DNA of 64,000 nt from a virus (lineage: Duplodnaviria > Caudoviricetes), in IMG/VR virus record IMGVR_UViG_2882178878_000003, positions 21,909 to 85,908 of that record; one strand, given 5' to 3'. The notes under the pieces are model-generated. The model ran no database searches and was not told the DNA's origin. It saw only the letters and a list, made by a program, of their open reading frames with translations. This document shows positions 8,252 through 17,234 of this stretch, one piece after another (positions within the stretch are counted from its first letter, which is position 1; each line of letters opens with the position of its first letter). A program made the translations under genes and the position numbers.

Positions 8252-9148
8252 ATGAATAGCGATGTAGGCATATGGATGCCTTTATATATTGGTGACATGC
8301 TCGCAAAAGTTACCCGCTTGACCACCGAGCAGGTAGGGGCTGCCAACCTATTGATGTGGGACTATTGGAGGAATGGCAGTATTCCGGATGATAACCAGAC
8401 CGTTGCCAATATCACGCGGCTATCAGTTGCAAAGGTAAAGGGGTTAAAGCAGGTGCTGGTTAATGCAGGCCTGTTTGTTATTGCAGACGGAATGATCACC
8501 TCAACTTATTTGGACGATTTAAAAACTCAGGCAACCGATAATAAAGCTTCTAAGTCAGATAAAGCCAAGAAAGCTGCTGAAGTACGCTGGGAAAATGAGC
8601 GTAAAGCAAAGGAATTAGCAGAGCAACAAGCATTGCATGAGCATCATTCTAGCAATGCTAATGCAATGCCTGAGCATATGCAGAATGAATGCTTGGGCAT
8701 TGCTCAGGACATGCTTGGCGGATGCCCGTCACCTTCACCTTCATCTAATAATAATAACCCCCCCCAAGGCGCAAGCGCGGACACACGCGAAAAGATCCTT
8801 GTCGATACGTTTGCACCCAATCTGGCTGATGTGAATGTTCGATTAAAGAGTTCGGGGCATAAAGAAATTGATGCAACGCTGATGCTCAAAGAGTTAGCCA
8901 GATTCAAGGATGAATATTCTAAAAACTCAATTGCTTACCCTGAAAACTGGTATCTGGGCAGGTTTAGCAGCTGGATCATGACAAACCATCCCTCACGACA
9001 GCCTAGTAGTAAACCCTCAAGAGCCATTCAGGCCAAAACCAGTGGTGCAGTAAATCAGAACTGGCCAGGTCACGATACCCCACAGCCAATACAGGACTTT
9101 GACGAAGAAGCCTGGCAAGCAGGATTTGCGGAGGATGGATTGCTATGA
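8252..9148 (+). CDS. Phage replication initiator-like protein (DUF1376/YdaU-like N-terminus)
   Basis: WMPLYIGDMLAKVTRLTTEQVGAANLLMWDYW motif; precedes a DnaC-like gene. The ATG at 8252 is preferred over the ORF-track start at 7970. Confidence 0.75.
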   Translation: MNSDVGIWMPLYIGDMLAKVTRLTTEQVGAANLLMWDYWRNGSIPDDNQTVANITRLSVAKVKGLKQVLVNAGLFVIADGMITSTYLDDLKTQATDNKASKSDKAKKAAEVRWENERKAKELAEQQALHEHHSSNANAMPEHMQNECLGIAQDMLGGCPSPSPSSNNNNPPQGASADTREKILVDTFAPNLADVNVRLKSSGHKEIDATLMLKELARFKDEYSKNSIAYPENWYLGRFSSWIMTNHPSRQPSSKPSRAIQAKTSGAVNQNWPGHDTPQPIQDFDEEAWQAGFAEDGLL

Positions 9149-9900
9149 ACACCATGATTGATTTAACAGAGCTTACCCAAAAGCAAACCCGCCCAATCAA
9201 TTGCCATGAACACGGTCAGCAGCTTGAAACTGGTTACATGGGTAGATGGTTTGGTTGTCCCGTATGTGCAGACATTGCATCAAAAAAACAGCAGGAGGCT
9301 GAAAAACTGGAACAACAGCGTGAATTTTTTGCTGCCATGAATTTGCCAGAGTTATTTAAAAATTCAGGGCTTGCTGGCTACAAAATCACGGATGCCCGAC
9401 AGCAGCCTGTAATTGCCCGGTTGCGTGAGTATGTCGAAGAAATCAAAACAGGTAGTAGCAAAAACCTGATTCTGGCTGGTGCAACTGGTACCGGTAAAAC
9501 GCATTTGGCTTGTGCGATTTTGCGCAACATTGCGCATTTTAATATTCGTTGCCGCTATGTGTTTAGTGCGGATTTTTCAGCGCAGATCCGTGCAAGTTGG
9601 GATGCTAAGACCCGCACTAAATTTGAATCAGAAGTGATTGATTATTTCGGTAGTGTGCCTGTGCTGCTGATTGATGATTTTGGTGTGAATGATCTTCTGA
9701 AGTCTGATATTTGGTCGGCATTGTTTGATCAGCGTTACCGCGAGAATAAACCAACGATTATCACCACCAATCTGGATGAAGTAGAGCTGGTCAAAATGAT
9801 TGGTGATCGTGCTGCTGATCGGGTGTTGCCAAAATCGTTATGGGCTAACTGTGTATGGGGTAGTTATCGCCGTGTGTCATCCAGCATGGAGCGAATCTAA
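9145..9900 (+). CDS. DnaC/IstB-like helicase loader ATPase
   Basis: CxxH..CxxC N-terminus, Walker A GATGTGKT, Walker B LLIDDFG, IITTN. Confidence 0.88.
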   Translation: MNTMIDLTELTQKQTRPINCHEHGQQLETGYMGRWFGCPVCADIASKKQQEAEKLEQQREFFAAMNLPELFKNSGLAGYKITDARQQPVIARLREYVEEIKTGSSKNLILAGATGTGKTHLACAILRNIAHFNIRCRYVFSADFSAQIRASWDAKTRTKFESEVIDYFGSVPVLLIDDFGVNDLLKSDIWSALFDQRYRENKPTIITTNLDEVELVKMIGDRAADRVLPKSLWANCVWGSYRRVSSSMERI

Positions 9901-9902
9901 TC

Positions 9903-10325
9903 ATGCGAATGATGAGCGAAGCACAGGCCATGGTCCTACTGGGTAAGCACTACAAGAAACCACGGGATACCAAGCCTAAGGCATCCAAGTATAAAAATAC
10001 TAAGGTGAAGCTGGATGGTAAGACGTTCGACAGTCAGAAAGAGGCCAGCCGGTACCAGGCTTTAAAACTCAAAATGCAGTCTGGCCAGATCACGGATCTA
10101 AAACATCATGTGTCTTTTGAATTGCAGCCCGCGGTGAAATTTGAGAACGAAAAGCGCAAGAAGCCAGCCCTGCGATACATCGCTGATTTTGTCTATGTGG
10201 ACGTTAAAACAGGCTTGCAGGTCGTTGAGGATGTTAAGAGTGCTATGACGCGGAAGCTGGCCGCATATCGCCAGAAAAAGCATTTGATGATGTCAGTGCA
10301 TGGCATCGAAATTCAGGAGGTTTAA
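9903..10325 (+). CDS. DUF1064-family putative endonuclease
   Basis: SKY.N.KV.LDGKTFDSQKEA.RY..L, YIADFVY and VEDVKS motifs. Confidence 0.8.
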   Translation: MRMMSEAQAMVLLGKHYKKPRDTKPKASKYKNTKVKLDGKTFDSQKEASRYQALKLKMQSGQITDLKHHVSFELQPAVKFENEKRKKPALRYIADFVYVDVKTGLQVVEDVKSAMTRKLAAYRQKKHLMMSVHGIEIQEV

Positions 10326-10381
10326 GAAATTCAGGGAAATACAACAAATCGGGATGTCAAACAGAGCAGTCAGCAAATAGG

Positions 10382-10882
10382 GTGGTTAGTATGAAAAAAT
10401 CTCATGTAGAAATTGTGCTTGAAGCCATCGAGGATTTACATGCACAAGAACAGATTGTCACACGGGAAACATTGGCTGAGCTTACTCAGTTGAAATTAAC
10501 AGTTATTGATGATCGTTTGGCGTATCTGGTGGATTCTGGACAGATTCATCGGGTGCAGCGCGGTGTATTTGTGCCGGCACCAGTGCATAAGCCAGCCCGT
10601 ATCATCAGCAAGATTGTTTTGCCAGGTGGCATTGTTAAGCTGGAAATCGGTGATGACTATGTGCTGACACTCACACCACGTGAGGCACGCACACTGGGTA
10701 ACCTGATGATGGCTGATAGTTTGCAATATGCCAATATTGAGTTGGGCCATCATACTGCAGTGATGTCGAGTGAGTTTGGTGCGCAATTACGGGAAGTACA
10801 ACGTACACTGGCCAAGCTAAATGGCGACTTTAAGAAATCCCAGCAGATTGAAAACGCTGAGGCTGCTACAGAACATCTGTAA
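10382..10882 (+). CDS. Winged-HTH-like protein; candidate late-gene activator
   Basis: VTRETLAELTQLKLTVIDDRLAYLVDSGQIHRVQRGVF fits a wHTH pattern; last gene of the early rightward operon. Confidence 0.5.
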   Translation: MVSMKKSHVEIVLEAIEDLHAQEQIVTRETLAELTQLKLTVIDDRLAYLVDSGQIHRVQRGVFVPAPVHKPARIISKIVLPGGIVKLEIGDDYVLTLTPREARTLGNLMMADSLQYANIELGHHTAVMSSEFGAQLREVQRTLAKLNGDFKKSQQIENAEAATEHL

Positions 10883-11000
10883 TCCTAATAAATCATGCAG
10901 GATTGTGTTGGAAAGTGGGAGGCGCTGATTGATGAAACAATCGGCACTGAATTCTTAAGGCTCACTACAGTGGGCTTTTTGTTGCAGTAAAAAGCCTGAA

Positions 11001-11645
11001 TTAATCAGGCTGATTGTAGTTACTTGTTGATGGCTTTAATGTCCATCGCTTCCATGCTTTTGCTTTGCCTGCCTTGACATTAAGCAACCCGGCTGTAGCG
11101 TTGCAGTATTCTCCGCCCGTACCGCGCTTGCCGCCTGTGCGCTTAAATACGGTGTCAGCAGGGGCAAATAAATGTGGGTTTTGGCGTACAAACTCATATA
11201 GATTTTTAAACTTGTACTCGGTGCCATCTGGTGAGATAAGCCACCAGTCTACTGCCTGCACATTAGACGCAAACTTGCCAGCAAGTGGACTAAGTTTAGC
11301 GGCCTCAGTTGCCATAATCTGGCCTGCATTGCTGTGTGGTGCACACTGCGGCTTTTTGGTGCCGATGTCCTTGCGTTTTGCCTTGCTGGCTGCTGCTGGT
11401 GCGCCAAGCTCCCAGCGTTTTTTGGCTACTGTGTCGTAAGCCAGTCCAAGATCACGGGCCAGCTCAGTATTGTTTTTTGACCAGTCTGCCTGTGACCAAT
11501 CCACTTTGCGCGGCTTTGGTTTAACTGTCTTGCCAAGCTTGGCGCGGTAGGTGTAGATCGTATGCAGCTTAACGCCCATCTTTGCTGCTATTACATCGTT
11601 GGGCTGGCTCCAGTCAATCGCCAGCCAGTCAGATTTACTTGCCAT
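11001..11645 (-). CDS. Tandem-HTH DNA-binding protein, third gene of the acr-like operon
   Basis: Two DWS..N..(I/L)A..(M/L)G HTH-like repeats; C-terminal WWLISPDGTEYKFKNLYEFVR module; very basic. Confidence 0.6.
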   Translation of the reverse strand: MASKSDWLAIDWSQPNDVIAAKMGVKLHTIYTYRAKLGKTVKPKPRKVDWSQADWSKNNTELARDLGLAYDTVAKKRWELGAPAAASKAKRKDIGTKKPQCAPHSNAGQIMATEAAKLSPLAGKFASNVQAVDWWLISPDGTEYKFKNLYEFVRQNPHLFAPADTVFKRTGGKRGTGGEYCNATAGLLNVKAGKAKAWKRWTLKPSTSNYNQPD

Positions 11646-11658
11646 AAATACCGTCAAC

Positions 11659-12159
11659 TTAAATGTTTTTTAGTGCATAGCGCGGATGCTGACCACAGGA
11701 CAATAAAAACATGCCCCAGGTGGTCGGGTGTGGTCGTTGCTCCCCCTTTTCCCAGCGCTGCCAGTTTGAGATATTAACGCCTGCTAACTTGGCGCATTTA
11801 GCCTGAGTGCCGACTTGTTTGCGCAAGTCTTTTATTTGCTCGGGTGTGGGTGGCTCAACGGGCACGTTATCCCATATTTGCACAGGCTGGTTGTACTCAG
11901 CTGCGACTGCATTAAACATGCGCTCGGCGGCCATATCTTTGTCACCACCATTGGTCAGGTGCGCTTGATACCATGTAGCGATTAACGCGCCCACATTGTC
12001 GGGGTTGGCAAAAATAGCGCGGTCAAGCTGGTTGTGGTCTGCCAGCTCATGGATTGCTGACCAGTTAAATTGCACGTGGCCGGTGTCCTGATCGTGCCAT
12101 AAGCCTAAATCAGCAAAATCCAGATTGTCCGGCACGCTAATTTGTTTTTGTTGTTGCAT
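11659..12159 (-). CDS. AcrIC6-like domain fused to a C-terminal XRE HTH (Acr-Aca-like fusion)
   Basis: The N-terminal ~90 aa align with the AcrIC6 C-terminal domain as recalled (MQQQ, PD..F.DL.L..D.D.G.V.F.W, DNV..LI..WYQAH...GG). C-terminal PTPEQIKDLRKQVGTQAKCAKLAGVNISNWQRWEKG is an HTH. A GGAG RBS precedes the ATG at 12159. Confidence 0.6.
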   Translation of the reverse strand: MQQQKQISVPDNLDFADLGLWHDQDTGHVQFNWSAIHELADHNQLDRAIFANPDNVGALIATWYQAHLTNGGDKDMAAERMFNAVAAEYNQPVQIWDNVPVEPPTPEQIKDLRKQVGTQAKCAKLAGVNISNWQRWEKGEQRPHPTTWGMFLLSCGQHPRYALKNI

Positions 12160-12203
12160 AGGTTGCTCCAAAAGATAAGCCCCATTGCTGGGGCCTTGTT
12201 GGT

Positions 12204-12470
12204 TTATAGGACTTCGATTGATTCAGGGTTGTCCCAGTCCAGGTTGTCGTCTTCCAGGCGGCCATCTTTGTAATTTTTAAATAACCAGGTTACGCGGTAT
12301 TCATTGCCATCTTTGTCGGTTGCTAGGGCGCTAAACTCATCCCAGTACATTTCACATTCTTCACCGTCTACTTCTTCAGTCCAGCTATCGTTAAACCAGC
12401 CTGCAAATACGCGGTTGGTGCGCTCAGCTTGGTCGGTAAAGGTTAGGTCATTGATAGTAATTGCGTTCAT
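12204..12470 (-). CDS. Small acidic Trp-rich protein; candidate anti-CRISPR/anti-defence protein
   Basis: 88 aa with 23 D/E, 7 K/R and 5 W; first gene after a strong promoter with an operator; GGAG RBS. Confidence 0.6.
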   Translation of the reverse strand: MNAITINDLTFTDQAERTNRVFAGWFNDSWTEEVDGEECEMYWDEFSALATDKDGNEYRVTWLFKNYKDGRLEDDNLDWDNPESIEVL

Positions 12471-12535
12471 TTTGATTCTCCGCCCGTGTAATGCGCTGGG
12501 CTTGCGCCGACTGCGTTATCGCTGTCTATGTAGCT

Positions 12536-12564
12536 ATATTACCGCGAATTGCGGTAAGCGTCAA
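12536..12564 (-). promoter_or_regulatory. Near-consensus sigma70 promoter with internal palindromic operator
   Basis: TTGACG (12559-12564), 17 bp, TAATAT (12536-12541). Perfect inverted repeat TTACCGC-GAATT-GCGGTAA at 12539-12557. Confidence 0.85.
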
Positions 12565-12589
12565 CACCTATATTTAATTATTTACTACC

Positions 12590-12620
12590 GTTCGTCGGAT
12601 TTGATCTGATGGGCTTTTTT
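12590..12620 (+). terminator. G-U-rich hairpin plus T6 (plus-strand only)
   Basis: 11-bp stem containing four G-U pairs, 3-nt loop, then TTTTTT. Confidence 0.45.
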
Positions 12621-12651
12621 GTCGCACTTGCATGAGTGTGTGGATTGGAAG
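12621..12651 (+). CRISPR. Solitary type I-C CRISPR repeat-like unit (not an array)
   Basis: GTCGCACTTGCATGAGTGTGTGGATTGGAAG matches the recalled I-C repeat GTCGCACTCTTCATGGGTGCGTGGATTGAAAT at 26/32 positions with one gap. The 7-bp stem CGCACTT/GAGTGTG is retained. Confidence 0.6.
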
Positions 12652-12655
12652 AACA

Positions 12656-12697
12656 CCCCTGTAAGGTTCGACACCTCCATTCCTATTGCCTGATTAT
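12656..12697 (+). promoter_or_regulatory. Late promoter motif copy 1 (terS)
   Basis: CCCCTGTAAGG at 12656-12666; TCGACA at +2; GATTAT at +26. Confidence 0.75.
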
Positions 12698-12720
12698 TAC
12701 CTTGTACAGAGGTAGTATCT

Positions 12721-13419
12721 ATGGCAGACGACAAAACCACAGACTGGAAAAAGATTGAGCTGGATTATCGCGCTGGCGTTAAAAGCTTGCGTCAGATTGC
12801 CAGTGAAAATGGTATTTCGGATACCGCCATTCGGAAGCGAGCCAAAAAGGATGAATGGACTCGTGATTTATCAGCACGTATTCAAGCTAAAGCAGATGAT
12901 CTGGTTCGCAAGGATCAAGTTCGCGCTGAGGTTCGCACAAGAACCACTGTTTCAGAGCGTGAGATTGTTGAATCAAATGCTCAGGCTATTGCTACTATCC
13001 AGCTTAACCACAGGAAAGACATTCAACGTTCCAGAAACATAGCCATGAATCTTATGGCTGAACTTGAGCAGCAATCTGGCCTTGATAACGCTGATTTGCT
13101 TGAGCAGCTTGGCGACTTGATGCGCAATGAGGATGACAAAGGGCAGGATAAATTAAACGATTTGTACTGCAAGATTATTTCTCTACCTGGTCGCGCTAAA
13201 ACCATGAAGGATCTGGGCGAATCATTACGGGTTCTGATTGGCCTTGAGCGCCAGGCATTTAATATGGATTCTGCCAATATCAATGATTCAGTTGCTGGTG
13301 GTACTGGCAAGCAAATGTCAGATGCTGAAAGGGCTGTTCGCCTATCACGCTTACTTCAATCCAATCCGGATGCATACCAAGCATTATTGGCGTTAAGAAA
13401 TGGTGGCAGTAATGGCTAA
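12721..13419 (+). CDS. Terminase small subunit (probable)
   Basis: N-terminal HTH (DWKKIELDYRAGVKSLRQIASENGISDTAIRKRAKK); directly upstream of terL. Confidence 0.75.
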   Translation: MADDKTTDWKKIELDYRAGVKSLRQIASENGISDTAIRKRAKKDEWTRDLSARIQAKADDLVRKDQVRAEVRTRTTVSEREIVESNAQAIATIQLNHRKDIQRSRNIAMNLMAELEQQSGLDNADLLEQLGDLMRNEDDKGQDKLNDLYCKIISLPGRAKTMKDLGESLRVLIGLERQAFNMDSANINDSVAGGTGKQMSDAERAVRLSRLLQSNPDAYQALLALRNGGSNG

Positions 13420-14962
13420 TGAAATAGAGCTAACGACTGCTTCATTGATGGAACTGCTTCAACATTTTGATCCTAAGGCACGCCAAGAACTCGACCAGCT
13501 ATTACTTGCTGGTGATGCGCCATTATGGGTACCACAAGAAGGCCCACAACAAACGGCTTATGACTCACAGGCCGATATTGTGTTTTATGGTGGTGCTGCT
13601 GGTGGTGGTAAGACTGATTTACTGCTGGGACTGGCTTTAACATCTCAACAGCATTCTATTATTTTCCGGCGTGAAGCAGTGCAGTTGGTTGGTATTGAAG
13701 AACGCATGACGTCGATTCTTGGTACACGTAAAGGCTATAACAGTCAGTCTGGTGTTTGGCGCTTGCCCGGTAACCGGGTAATGGAATTGGGCAGCGTAAA
13801 AGAGCCGGGTGACTGGATTAAATATCAAGGCCGCGCCCATGACGCCAAGCTATTTGATGAGATATGCCACTTTGCCGAATTGCAATTTAGAACATTGATT
13901 GGCTGGTTGCGTACCGATCAACCCGATATACGGCAGCGTGTCGTTTGTGCAGGCAATCCACCCACCACTGCAGAAGGTGAGTGGGTAAAGCGTTTCTGGG
14001 CTGCATGGCTAGATCCACAACATCCAAACCCGGCAAAGCCTGGTGAATTGCGTTGGTATGTCACCAATGAGAAAGGCGAGGACGAAGAAGTCCCCGGGCC
14101 TGACATGGTGAAAGTTGGCGACGACATGATGAAGCCAAAAAGCCGGACATTTATTCCATCTTCAGTCAATGACAACCTATTTTTACTTTCCACTGGCTAT
14201 AAGGCTACCTTGCAAGCCCTGCCTGAGCCACTGCGTTCACAAATGCTACGTGGTGATTTTAATGCTGGTGCAGCAGACCCGGCATGGCAGGTTATTCCCA
14301 CAGAATGGGTGAAAGCTGCCCAGGCACGCTGGAAACCACGTGAAGTAAAAGGCCCTATGACAGCTTTGGGTTTTGATCCGGCGCGTGGCGGTATTGATAA
14401 GTCATCACTGGCCAGACGCCATGACAACTGGTTCGATGAAATGATTTCTGCACCTGGTGCAGTCACGAAAGATGGCCCTACTGCTGCTGCATTTGTTGTG
14501 CCTTACATTCGTGATGGTGCATGTGTTTGTGTCGATAGCATTGGGATTGGTTCAAGTGCACTGGATTTCCTCGTAGGCCTTAATCTCAATGTGCTGGCTG
14601 TGGTTGGTAGTGAAGCTTCGCATGTTCAAACCAAGGCTGGAAACATCCGCATGCGCAATAAACGGGCTGAAATGTACTGGCGTTTGCGTGAGGCATTAGA
14701 TCCTACAGCACCTGAACCAATCGCGCTCCCACCAGATTCCGAGTTACTGGCTGATCTTACTGCTGTCCGTTACAAGGTGGTCACTATGGGCAAAGTGGCT
14801 GCCATTCAAATGCGCGATAAAGATGAGATTCGTGAAATGTTAGGCCGTAGCCCGGATAAAGGTGACGCTGTGGCAATGACTTTTGTGGAAGGCATACCAG
14901 ATTCCAATTCAACACGTGACACTTATGAGGAAGCAGAAGCCACAGACTGGCGCTATGCCTAG
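13412..14962 (+). CDS. Terminase large subunit
   Basis: Walker A YGGAAGGGKT, Walker B KLFDE, AGNPP, and nuclease motifs GFDPARGG.D and SPDKGDA. Confidence 0.92.
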   Translation: MANEIELTTASLMELLQHFDPKARQELDQLLLAGDAPLWVPQEGPQQTAYDSQADIVFYGGAAGGGKTDLLLGLALTSQQHSIIFRREAVQLVGIEERMTSILGTRKGYNSQSGVWRLPGNRVMELGSVKEPGDWIKYQGRAHDAKLFDEICHFAELQFRTLIGWLRTDQPDIRQRVVCAGNPPTTAEGEWVKRFWAAWLDPQHPNPAKPGELRWYVTNEKGEDEEVPGPDMVKVGDDMMKPKSRTFIPSSVNDNLFLLSTGYKATLQALPEPLRSQMLRGDFNAGAADPAWQVIPTEWVKAAQARWKPREVKGPMTALGFDPARGGIDKSSLARRHDNWFDEMISAPGAVTKDGPTAAAFVVPYIRDGACVCVDSIGIGSSALDFLVGLNLNVLAVVGSEASHVQTKAGNIRMRNKRAEMYWRLREALDPTAPEPIALPPDSELLADLTAVRYKVVTMGKVAAIQMRDKDEIREMLGRSPDKGDAVAMTFVEGIPDSNSTRDTYEEAEATDWRYA

Positions 14963-14973
14963 GAGAAAATAAC

Positions 14974-17226
14974 ATGCAGACCGTCGAAGAAAGCACTGCA
15001 CCCGTAATGCCGCAGTCAGATGATGTGCTAAGCCAGTATGAATATGCTGAAATCATTGGTGAGATTGAAGAACAGCCAGCCTGGCGCCGTGTGGCTGATA
15101 AGGAAATGGATTATGCCGATGGTAACCAGCTCAATGGTGAACTGCTGAGCCGCATGGCTGAATTGGGCATTCCGCCTGCGGTTGAGGATCTGATTGGTCC
15201 GGCACTGTTATCAATTCAGGGTTATGAATCCAAAACCCGGACAGACTGGCGTGTGACCCCTAACAATGGAAGCGACGGTCAGGACGTCGCAGACGCTTTA
15301 AACTTTAAGCTCAATCAGGCTGAGCGTGAATCTAAAGCAGATATGGCCTGTGGCAAAGCATTTAGGCCACAGATTGGTTGTGGCGTTGGCTTTGTAGAAG
15401 TATCAAAGGATTCTGACCCGTTTAAGTTTCCATACCGCTGTATGGCTGTGCATCGCAACGAGATCCACTGGGATATGAAAGCGATTGAGCCAGATTTATC
15501 TGATGCGCGCTGGTTGCGTCGTCGTCGCTGGTTGCATCCAAATCGGGTGAAGCTGGTATTCCCACAGCATGCTGAGCTGATTGATAACTGTGGTAAGCAT
15601 GGCGGTTCATGGTGGAGTGATGAAACCATCAATGAAGGTGGTGTCAGTACTGGCTTGCAGAACGCATGGAATGAAGCACGTGCATGGACACAGCAGGAAG
15701 ATTACTGGTACAACCCGGCTACCAAGGAAGTCTGCTTATCTGAACTCTGGTACCGTCGGTGGGTTCAGGTGCACGTCTTAAAAACATCAGATGGCCGTGT
15801 GGTTGAATATGATGAGGATAATGTGGCGCATAATCTGGCCATTGCCAGTGGTAAGGCCGAAGTACAGCTGGCGACTGTGACCCGTGTGCGTCGTGCTTAC
15901 TGGCTTGGCGGTCATTGCCTGTTTGATGGTCCAAGCCCATACACGCACCGGCATTTTCCCTATGTGCCGTTTTGGGGATTCCGTGAGGATAATACCGGCG
16001 TGCCATATGGCTATGTGCGCGGCATGAAATATGCGCAAGATAGTTTGAACAGCAGTATCAGTAAGTTGCGCTGGGGCATGAGTGTGACCCGGATTGAGCG
16101 CACCAAGGGCGCAGTTGATATGACTGACGCCCAGTTGCGTCGTCAGGTTGCAAGGCCTGATGCAGATATTGTACTGAACGCCAGCAAGATGGCTGAGCCT
16201 GGTGCACGCTTTGACGTCAAGCGCGACTACAACCTCACCGACCAGCATTACCAGATGCTCAATGACAACCGCAGTACCATTCAGCGCGTGAGCGCAGTCA
16301 CCAGCGGCTTTATGGGTAAGGAAGGCACTGCACGCTCAGGATTGCAGGAACAAACGCAGGTTGAACAGTCGAATCAGTCACTGGCCAGCGTCATGGACAA
16401 TTTCCGCTTTGGCCGTAGCCTGGTGGGTGAATTACTGCTGGCCATGATCATTGCAGACATGGGCAATAAAACACAAAGTATCGTAATTACTGGTGATGCG
16501 ATCCGGCCAGAACGCACCGTAGTGATCAATAAGCCGGAAGTTGATGAGCAGGGTTATCCATATCTATCCAATGACCTGCAGCGTACACGCCTGAAAGTTG
16601 CCCTTGAAGATGTACCAAGCACCAACAGCTATCGTGGCCAGCAGCTTAATGCCATGTCCGAAGCGGTTAAATCCATGCCGCCACAATACCAGGCTGCTGT
16701 TCTGCCATTCCTTGTATCACTTATGGACGTTCCATTTAAACAGGAAGTGGTTGAAGCAATTCGTGCCGTGGATCAACAACAGACACCAGAAGCCTTCAAT
16801 GAAGCGGTACAAAAAGGCATTGAGGAAGCGATGGTTAAGGCTGCCCATGATCTTAAACTGCGTGAGCTTGAGCTTAAAGAGCGTGTGGCGGAAAGCGAAA
16901 TTAAAGGTTTGGATGCCAAGGCAGTACAGATTGGTGTGCAGGCTGCGTTCTCTGCCATGCAAGGCGGTGCTCAGGTTGCGCAGATGCCGATGATTGCACC
17001 GATTGCTGATGAGATTATGAAAGGTGCAGGCTATAAAAAGCCTAACCCAATGGGTGATGATCCGAGTTTCCCAATGCCGCAGAATGTACCTGTGCCTACT
17101 GGCCAGCCCGCATTAACTGATGTGCATAAAAATACCAGCCCTACCTTTCCACCAGTGCCAAGTGATGGTGTATCATCTATGAGTGGGATTGAAACAGCCA
17201 GTGCCGCTGATAATTTACCAGCCTAA
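14974..17226 (+). CDS. Portal protein (podovirus type)
   Basis: 750 aa directly after terL; HRHFPYVPFWGFR..GVPYGYVRGMKYAQD..N motif. Confidence 0.85.
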   Translation: MQTVEESTAPVMPQSDDVLSQYEYAEIIGEIEEQPAWRRVADKEMDYADGNQLNGELLSRMAELGIPPAVEDLIGPALLSIQGYESKTRTDWRVTPNNGSDGQDVADALNFKLNQAERESKADMACGKAFRPQIGCGVGFVEVSKDSDPFKFPYRCMAVHRNEIHWDMKAIEPDLSDARWLRRRRWLHPNRVKLVFPQHAELIDNCGKHGGSWWSDETINEGGVSTGLQNAWNEARAWTQQEDYWYNPATKEVCLSELWYRRWVQVHVLKTSDGRVVEYDEDNVAHNLAIASGKAEVQLATVTRVRRAYWLGGHCLFDGPSPYTHRHFPYVPFWGFREDNTGVPYGYVRGMKYAQDSLNSSISKLRWGMSVTRIERTKGAVDMTDAQLRRQVARPDADIVLNASKMAEPGARFDVKRDYNLTDQHYQMLNDNRSTIQRVSAVTSGFMGKEGTARSGLQEQTQVEQSNQSLASVMDNFRFGRSLVGELLLAMIIADMGNKTQSIVITGDAIRPERTVVINKPEVDEQGYPYLSNDLQRTRLKVALEDVPSTNSYRGQQLNAMSEAVKSMPPQYQAAVLPFLVSLMDVPFKQEVVEAIRAVDQQQTPEAFNEAVQKGIEEAMVKAAHDLKLRELELKERVAESEIKGLDAKAVQIGVQAAFSAMQGGAQVAQMPMIAPIADEIMKGAGYKKPNPMGDDPSFPMPQNVPVPTGQPALTDVHKNTSPTFPPVPSDGVSSMSGIETASAADNLPA

Positions 17227-17234
17227 TGCAGTTA

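Noticed and set aside
12560-12720. CRISPR array around the I-C-like repeat
   Set aside because: Only one repeat copy and no regularly spaced units; reported instead as a solitary unit.
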